DNA of 64,000 nucleotides from Candidatus Babelota bacterium (GTDB lineage Bacteria; Babelota; Babeliae; Babelales; GCA-2401785): NCBI GenBank assembly GCA_016871815.1, contig VHBT01000003.1, positions 14,317 to 78,316 of the forward strand, read 5' to 3'. Shown piece by piece: positions 58,207 to 64,000 of this stretch (position 1 is its first letter; each line of letters starts with the position of its first letter). The notes under the pieces were generated by a model. It saw only the letters and a program-made list of their open reading frames with translations, ran no database searches and was not told where the DNA came from. The position numbers and the translations under genes were made by a program.

Positions 58207-61200
58207 TCATTCAGAAACCCAAGCACATGGAGTTCCCACAAAATATCTAATTGCCGAATTCAACATGTTAGATTTTCTATTACCTTTCAATGCATCGTGT
58301 GGATCTTTTACCACATCACGAACATGTCTCATGTAATTGATGATTCTCCAACAATTTAAATGAGGCAATCGTGTTTTGATATACGAGAACAATGCTGTCG
58401 CACTTCGATGTTGTCCTCCCATACAATGAACAAGCACCTGCCCTCCACTGCTCAACGTTGCATCCATAGAAGCAAATATTTTTTCACTGTATGGCAAAAA
58501 TTGAGTATGAAAATTTGATATATCATCTTTCTCATCACATGGACAATAAATAAATCGTTGTGCATTTCTTCCTGTGAAGATGTCAAATTCTTTACCGCCA
58601 GAACCATTAAACTTCCCATACGATCTAAATGTGTTTCTTATTAAAGCAATATCAGTTGCTCGTTCGCTTGTATATGCAGCAACACACAAAATAAGATCAA
58701 AATTCGTACCATCACTAAGTGCGCCAGGAAGACTATCAAATCCGGGATGACCTATCAACGCAACACCATCCTCTGATCCAGTGAGCCACATTTGTTCATT
58801 TAATCTGTTAATCTCAATGGTAGTCAATTTTCGTTTTTCTTCAAAAATTTTCGTTGTCGCATTATCATTTCCCAAAAACAAACCACTTCCCATATCTGCA
58901 AATGGCAAGTACATGCTGATATCGTAACCTACGTGCGTCGCCATTTTTGATTTCAAATTAGACCAATCCCCACGCTCAATCATTTCCCTCAACTTCTCAT
59001 CAGAAATTTCTTCAAACCCAGGTGCTGTAAAGTTTTTAATTTTCGTATTTATGTCTGCCAAGTAATCAGGAACTACCTCAGCCGTTGGATCAACCGCCGA
59101 AACTTCACTTCGTCGACCAACACCTGCGGCAGGATGAATCGCTCCGCCAGCACCACAACCAGGTGTACCTTCAAACCTAAGTGCACTTGCAGCAGCAAGG
59201 GCTAACGCTGGTGAAGGCGCCTTGCTACCCCAAGAACATCCAAGGTAATATTCAACAACACTTCTTAATGTCATGCCATAATATTGTATATTTTCCTGAC
59301 TTAACTCTTTCAAACTATTAATAGTTTTCACGCCTTTACGCTTACTTGCGCAGAGCGAAATCATATCACACATCACCCGACTATCGTTGCGACCTTCTAT
59401 ACCTGATAGTTTTGCTTGCTCGAACAAGTAGGCAACGGTGATTGCCAAGCTTCGGTTCACACCATCTATGCAGTGAATAATTACCGGTCGACCTAAGTCA
59501 AGAGCGTTCGTCATTAATTCAAAAACGCGATCTTTTTCAGGCAAGAATCTGGATACAAACTGATCTTCAGTTGCGTTTGAACTCTCTAAAAATGGACAAT
59601 AAATAAATGTAACACCATCTTTTTTAAACTCTGCGCAAAAAGGGTTTTGATCGCCTTGCTCAGGTGCAACTTTAGCAGCTCTCCATAGATTACGAAGCTC
59701 AATCATATCACGATGCTCTTGTCCACAGGGCCAATCAACAGGATGACCCTCCATTAGACACGCACAAACGTGACAATTTGCCTCATTACCAATCCGTTGA
59801 TCTAAATTACCAACAAATAAAACAACTGCCGGCTTTTGGGTCAAACCATATTTTCCAGGTACACCAGCTAGCGCAGCTTCATCTTGCGCAAGCCAATAAT
59901 CTCGCGTAAATTGCCATGTTCCAAGATATAAATTTCCAGCAATTTGATTGAGTTCCGAATAAGGCACAGTAAATCTAACATCTGCAAGGGTATTTAAAGC
60001 AGCTTGTCCTTGATTCATCAATTCAGCAAGTTGACCAAAGTTTGCTCTTTCAAAACCAAGGTCTTTATATTTTAAAGTGGTTGCAACTGCTTCTCCTTCA
60101 TATTGTACGGTACACGAGGATGTCTTCAAGCCTTCAATCGCTGTACGCAATTGAGATAGGAAAGGCACGACCACAGGGAGAGAAGCGCGACAAAGTGTAC
60201 ACGTTTGCGCAGATGGCTCGTTCACATAGGTGCACTTAGAACAGACTTTTCCTTCTGCTTCTTCTGCTCTAAGCCTTGCTCTTCTTGCTTCTATTTCTGC
60301 TCTAAGCCTTGCTCTTCTTGCTTCTCTTTCTGCTCTAAGCTTTGCTTGTCTTGCTTCTATTTCTGCTGCTAATCTTGCTTCTTCTGCTCTTCGCTTTTCT
60401 GCTGCTTCTTCTGCAGCTCTTTGTCTTTTTTCTTCAACTCTTCTTAGATCTTCTATAGCAGCTGCTTCTTGATCATTCGGATACGAAAAATATTCGATTT
60501 TTTCTGGCTCTGTTGGGAAAAAGAGGTTTGTAACATCATAAGAACCATAGCCTGGAAGCCTAAAAGCAAATAAAATTCTAGATTCGTTTAATACCAAACG
60601 GGCTGGCGCCATATTTTCTTGTGCAAGATTTTTTCCCGCAAGAGAAGCGGAATATTTTTGATGAATGAAAGCAATAATTGGTCTCCATTCTAAGGTATTA
60701 ACAGCAAAAGCATTTTTATATGTTTTATGTTTTGTAAGACGAAACCTATTTCCATTGACATACACAAAAAGCTCATCTTGTGTTTTATTTGCCTCAAAAT
60801 CTGCCACCGAAGTAATAACTGGAATTGCTTCTTCTGCTGCTAATCTTGCTTCTTCTGCTCTTTGTCTTTCTTGTCTTTCTTGTCTTTCTTTTCTTTGTTC
60901 TTCTGTGCCTAAACCAAAAAAATCTCTCGTATCTAATGAAAAGTCTCTTAAGATATTAACACCCACATACAAAGCAGTAGAAATACCACCAACCAATGCG
61001 GTAACCAATCCGGTTACTCCTAATTTTTTGGCAAGTGACCACGAAGCATCAGTAGCCTGCGCACTCGCGTCAACCAATGGCGCAACCCACGCAGGACACT
61101 CCGCTGCAGAATAGACCACAGCTTCATGCGCGCCTTTTGTATCAACTGAAAGCTGAATAACAACTGAATCAAATTCGTTTTCTGCAACAACTGCCAGAAC

Positions 61201-61500
61201 GGCTGGTTGTTTTGCTGCAAAAAGCAATCGCAGCTCGCTGGCAAGCTTGCTTTCGTTATTTTTTATACGTTGTACTAAATCATCTTTTTTGGTAAAAACC
61301 TTCAACCAGCGAATTTCTTCCGCCGAGACGGTCATTCTTTTTTGTACCAACGATGCTACATCGCCAGTCACGTGGACCGTTTGCACCTGTTTTGTAGAAA
61401 GCGCTGTCGTTTGCGCTCCGGGAACCAGTAACACCGGTTGTCCAATCACATTTGATGCCAAAAGAAGCATCAAACACATCATTTTTATTTTTGTATTCAT
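58207..61500 (-). CDS. Large signal-peptide/TM protein with two CX5R (dual-specificity/PTP-type) phosphatase domains, Arg/Glu/Ala coiled-coil repeats and a RanBP2/NZF-type zinc finger
   Basis: 1097 aa. Signal MNTKIKMMCLMLLLASNVIG and a TM segment LGVTGLVTALVGGISTALYVGVNIL. Repeats AEEARLAAE and (EARRARLRAEI)n. Zinc finger C-SK-C-TYV-N-EPSAQT-C-TL-C. Phosphatase P-loops VIIHCIDGVNRSLAITVAY (nt ~59452-59485) and VLVHCMGGQHRSATALFSY (nt ~58398-58440). Confidence 0.85.
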   Translation of the reverse strand: MNTKIKMMCLMLLLASNVIGQPVLLVPGAQTTALSTKQVQTVHVTGDVASLVQKRMTVSAEEIRWLKVFTKKDDLVQRIKNNESKLASELRLLFAAKQPAVLAVVAENEFDSVVIQLSVDTKGAHEAVVYSAAECPAWVAPLVDASAQATDASWSLAKKLGVTGLVTALVGGISTALYVGVNILRDFSLDTRDFFGLGTEEQRKERQERQERQRAEEARLAAEEAIPVITSVADFEANKTQDELFVYVNGNRFRLTKHKTYKNAFAVNTLEWRPIIAFIHQKYSASLAGKNLAQENMAPARLVLNESRILFAFRLPGYGSYDVTNLFFPTEPEKIEYFSYPNDQEAAAIEDLRRVEEKRQRAAEEAAEKRRAEEARLAAEIEARQAKLRAEREARRARLRAEIEARRARLRAEEAEGKVCSKCTYVNEPSAQTCTLCRASLPVVVPFLSQLRTAIEGLKTSSCTVQYEGEAVATTLKYKDLGFERANFGQLAELMNQGQAALNTLADVRFTVPYSELNQIAGNLYLGTWQFTRDYWLAQDEAALAGVPGKYGLTQKPAVVLFVGNLDQRIGNEANCHVCACLMEGHPVDWPCGQEHRDMIELRNLWRAAKVAPEQGDQNPFCAEFKKDGVTFIYCPFLESSNATEDQFVSRFLPEKDRVFELMTNALDLGRPVIIHCIDGVNRSLAITVAYLFEQAKLSGIEGRNDSRVMCDMISLCASKRKGVKTINSLKELSQENIQYYGMTLRSVVEYYLGCSWGSKAPSPALALAAASALRFEGTPGCGAGGAIHPAAGVGRRSEVSAVDPTAEVVPDYLADINTKIKNFTAPGFEEISDEKLREMIERGDWSNLKSKMATHVGYDISMYLPFADMGSGLFLGNDNATTKIFEEKRKLTTIEINRLNEQMWLTGSEDGVALIGHPGFDSLPGALSDGTNFDLILCVAAYTSERATDIALIRNTFRSYGKFNGSGGKEFDIFTGRNAQRFIYCPCDEKDDISNFHTQFLPYSEKIFASMDATLSSGGQVLVHCMGGQHRSATALFSYIKTRLPHLNCWRIINYMRHVRDVVKDPHDALKGNRKSNMLNSAIRYFVGTPCAWVSE
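60262..60393 (-). repeat. In-frame 33-nt tandem coding repeats (11-aa unit R-A-E-I-E-A-R-R-A-R-L) inside the 1097-aa gene
   Basis: On the plus strand, TTCTGCTCTAAGCCTTGCTCTTCTTGCTTCTAT is repeated about three times with point differences. The flanking GCTGCTAATCTTGCTTCTTCTGCTCT (AEEARLAAE) recurs at ~60835-60865. Confidence 0.85.
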
Positions 61501-61804
61501 AAAAAACCCTTTTTTTATACTTTTTTAAGATTCTTTAAGTCTAAAAAATAAAAATGCACCCGAATAAAAAATCATATCCTGGAAGAAATTGTATGATTTT
61601 TATGAAAAAAGAAAATTTTCTCCGCTCAAAAGAAGACAGGCTGAAATAATAACCGCTAAAAGATCACCTGACAAAAAAGACCCTTCTTGAATACCTTTTT
61701 TGTAAAAAAACGTAAAAAAAGATGCTTTTTTTTATTTTTAAAAAATTACCCCACAAAGCTCAAAAGACTCTTTATCATACGATTATTATGTTGTTTTAAA
61801 TTCT

Positions 61805-62950
61805 GTGATTTTTATGTCATCGCTGCGTCTTTTTTTTAGTTTTTTACTCTTTTTTAGCGTTTCTCTGCCCGCTGAACCAACAATTATCGTCAGCAAAGCA
61901 CCTGCAACACTTGTAAGCAGTTGCGCCATTTCTTACGAGCAAAAAGAAACAATTCCCGCAACACCACCAGCATTTGTCCTTGATTTATCAAAAACCATCT
62001 ATGGTTCAACACTTGCAAGCTACTTTGGAACAAAAAAAAGCCATTCTTTTTTACAAAATCTATCGTGCAGCCAATTTTCTGACCTTCAAAAACTAATCTC
62101 GATCAAAAAAGGTTTATTGTTCAGAAAAACAAGCCCAAAATCTGTTGAATTATTCGTGCACATTACCGGAATTGCTCAAACAACCCCGACAATTGCAACC
62201 ATTACGATCTTGAAACAACCCCAATCGACTAACCTTACCATGAATATCGATTGCGTTGGGACAACACCCACGCTGCATCCAACGATTCTCAACTGCATGA
62301 CCAGCCTTTTTTTGCAAGATTCCTGGTGGACCAAACACAAATCAACTCTGCAGCTTGGCGCGATCGCAACACTCATGGTGCTGGCTGAATCACAGCAACG
62401 TTCAAGCTACTCGCGCGCGTATGCCAAACGGGTACACCGATTTGTAAAACAATCCGAAAATAAAAAAGCGTTAATTCAGTACAACCTTCTTATGAGTCAA
62501 CTTCTTACAGGAGCGAGAGAAACAAAAAGGGATAATAATAAAAATATTTTATATAAAGAGTTAGGCCAAACAAGATTCGTACTGTTAACTGGTAACACCA
62601 TTGCTTTCCCAGAAGGAACAGAAACAACTACCGCAGAAACCAAAGAGCTGACATACCTCATTCCATTCAGCAAGGTTAACCCTTTTGAAATCAAAAAAAA
62701 CCTCGATCAATTCAACCGTGATGGTTGGCGAGTCTACTTTTTTGACGACCTTGGATGTGGTGACGCAGGGCTTTGGGCTTTTGATCCGACCGGAATGCAC
62801 ACAAAGATCGACCAGCACGCGATTGTTGTGCCAAGAAACTCGATCACGATCTCAAGCTCAGAAATCCTCACCGATGGGATCACCGATGCAATCACCAGCG
62901 TTTTTTCTCCTCGGCTTGAAACGGCTCGGGATGGCGCTACTGATGCATAA
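61805..62950 (+). CDS. Secreted hypothetical protein
   Basis: 381-aa ORF with GTG start and signal-like MIFMSSLRLFFSFLLFFSVSLPAEP. No domain recognised. Confidence 0.65.
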   Translation: MIFMSSLRLFFSFLLFFSVSLPAEPTIIVSKAPATLVSSCAISYEQKETIPATPPAFVLDLSKTIYGSTLASYFGTKKSHSFLQNLSCSQFSDLQKLISIKKGLLFRKTSPKSVELFVHITGIAQTTPTIATITILKQPQSTNLTMNIDCVGTTPTLHPTILNCMTSLFLQDSWWTKHKSTLQLGAIATLMVLAESQQRSSYSRAYAKRVHRFVKQSENKKALIQYNLLMSQLLTGARETKRDNNKNILYKELGQTRFVLLTGNTIAFPEGTETTTAETKELTYLIPFSKVNPFEIKKNLDQFNRDGWRVYFFDDLGCGDAGLWAFDPTGMHTKIDQHAIVVPRNSITISSSEILTDGITDAITSVFSPRLETARDGATDA

Positions 62951-62993
62951 ACAGTAAACAATTCTTTTTTACGACTATTCAAACAGATAAAAT

Positions 62994-63024
62994 ATGCGTA
63001 CCTTGAGAAGATACGCATAGTTTT
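62994..63024 (+). terminator. Candidate terminator hairpin after 61805-62950
   Basis: ATGCGTA-ccttgagaaga-TACGCAT followed by AGTTTT. The stem is short and the U-tract weak. Confidence 0.4.
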
Positions 63025-63038
63025 AACCATAAACACAG

Positions 63039-63875
63039 ATGAAAAACGCTCGCAAAAATCATAGTCAACATAAACATTCGCACAAAAATCATTCTCGTTC
63101 TTATCACGCAGAACCACGCAAAAAAAAAGAACATGGCCAAGTTTTCCTACGCGACCAGTCGATAGTTGAAGACATGCTCAAAGACGCTCAAGTACAATCA
63201 AACCACACCGTGGTAGAAATCGGCTGTGGCGATGGCTTTTTGACTTCTTCTCTGCTCTGCTACACTCCCTGCAAAAAACTTGTCGTTTTTGAAATTGATG
63301 AAGAATGGGCGCGCGTGGTGAAAGAAAAATGCACCTCACCCAAGCTCGATTTGAATGTTATCAATTTTTTGGATGTTGACCTGACTCAGTTTTTTTCGCC
63401 TGCTGATCCTGTTGTTTTGCTGGCAAACCTGCCCTACCACATAACGTTTCCCATTTTTCATGTACTCAAAAAAAATGCTGACTTATTTTCGCACGGAGTG
63501 GTCATGGTGCAAGAAGAAGTTGCTCAACGCTTAGTCGCCACACACGGACGCAGCGCAGGCGCAATTTCGCACTACTTCCAGCATTATTTTGAGCTCAAGT
63601 TACTCACCAAGGTACCACCAACAGCCTTTGACCCTCAACCACAAATTTTCTCTCGACTGGTAAGCTTTCGCCCCAAAAAAGAGATCTGCGCCATCCCAGA
63701 CGAAGAACAATTCTGGGAATTTGTAAAAACCTGTTTTAGAAATCCACGACAAATGTTGCACAACAACCTTCATGGAACAGCATTTGGGCACATTCCGCTG
63801 ACGCCCGAAACAACCAATTTACGTGCACAACAAATGAACATGGATCTCTTTTTGGCTTTATGGAGCGGACGCTAA
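63039..63875 (+). CDS. rsmA: 16S rRNA (adenine1518/1519-N6)-dimethyltransferase RsmA/KsgA with a His/Lys-rich N-terminal extension
   Basis: HGQVFLRDQSIVEDML (GQ-FL motif), the SAM site VVEIGCGDGFLTSSL and the catalytic LLANLPYHITFPI. It is preceded by MKNARKNHSQHKHSHKNHSRSYHAEPRKKKE. Confidence 0.9.
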   Translation: MKNARKNHSQHKHSHKNHSRSYHAEPRKKKEHGQVFLRDQSIVEDMLKDAQVQSNHTVVEIGCGDGFLTSSLLCYTPCKKLVVFEIDEEWARVVKEKCTSPKLDLNVINFLDVDLTQFFSPADPVVLLANLPYHITFPIFHVLKKNADLFSHGVVMVQEEVAQRLVATHGRSAGAISHYFQHYFELKLLTKVPPTAFDPQPQIFSRLVSFRPKKEICAIPDEEQFWEFVKTCFRNPRQMLHNNLHGTAFGHIPLTPETTNLRAQQMNMDLFLALWSGR

Positions 63876-64000
63876 TTACACGCCCTCAAGATCTTCAGGA
63901 TTTACAGGAAATTCTGGAAACATTCTCCTATAAGAATCTTCAACCACAGCCTTTTTTTGTCGTACGTACATGAATGGGTAAGCCCGAACATTTATCAACC
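63876..64000 (-). CDS. 3' end of an unidentified minus-strand gene running off the right window edge
   Basis: The minus-strand frame is open from the window edge to the TAA (63878-63876): ...VDKCSGLPFMYVRQKKAVVEDSYRRMFPEFPVNPEDLEGV*. With only ~40 codons it cannot be identified and could be non-coding. Confidence 0.3.
   Translation of the reverse strand, partial: LINVRAYPFMYVRQKKAVVEDSYRRMFPEFPVNPEDLEGV

Noticed and set aside
60230-61114. Regularly spaced 33-nt direct repeats plus the plus-strand ORFs 60230-60472 and 60665-61114; considered as a CRISPR array or separate genes
   Set aside because: The repeats are contiguous with no unique spacers, are in frame, and encode an Arg/Glu/Ala coiled coil within the long minus-strand ORF. 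The plus-strand ORFs are low-complexity antisense artefacts (poly-Ser/Ala/Leu).

Overview
AT-rich bacterial chromosomal window using the standard genetic code (TGA is a stop, e.g. at 38506-38508). Gram-negative-type housekeeping genes are interspersed with many lineage-specific secreted or membrane proteins.

Left to right:
- A decaying gene patch with Sel1-repeat, MepB and ClbS/DfsB remnants.
- A complete minus-strand rRNA operon, 16S - tRNA-Ile(UAU) - tRNA-Ile(GAU) - 23S - 5S, with no tRNA-Ala in the spacer.
- A 755-aa beta-helix-like surface protein.
- tRNA-Leu, dnaJ, a Sel1 protein, HU, tRNA-Leu/tRNA-Cys, a proline-rich secreted protein, jag-mnmE, tRNA-Gly, trxA and an orphan rplS.
- A tandemly duplicated pair of small secreted Cys-rich peptide genes.
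- A ~14-kb block holding a TipA-like MerR regulator overlapping a membrane MutS-domain-V ATPase, two secreted proteins, a HerA/FtsK-type ATPase, and two giant (1014 and 1239 aa) MutS-domain-V paralogues.
- A Skp-like gene, pth and an ABC ATPase.
- Canonical lon followed by four Lon-like paralogues that replace the Lon N-domain with a two-helix membrane hairpin. Two of them carry two and three tandem Lon AAA+ modules in front of a single S16 protease domain.
- A 1097-aa protein with two CX5R phosphatase domains, coiled-coil repeats and a RanBP2/NZF-type zinc finger.
- rsmA.

I saw no transposase, integrase, CRISPR array or prophage genes.

The best candidates for undescribed biology are the multi-module Lon array (45.5-57.5 kb) and the MerR/MutS-like/HerA-like ATPase block (27.9-42.2 kb). 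Next come the tRNA-Ile(UAU) in the rrn spacer, the dual-phosphatase/NZF protein and the Cys-rich peptide pair.

The eukaryote-like motifs, Sel1 repeats and pseudogenes suggest a host-associated, possibly intracellular, bacterium. That is inference only. All domain calls are by-eye motif recognition, with no database searches.
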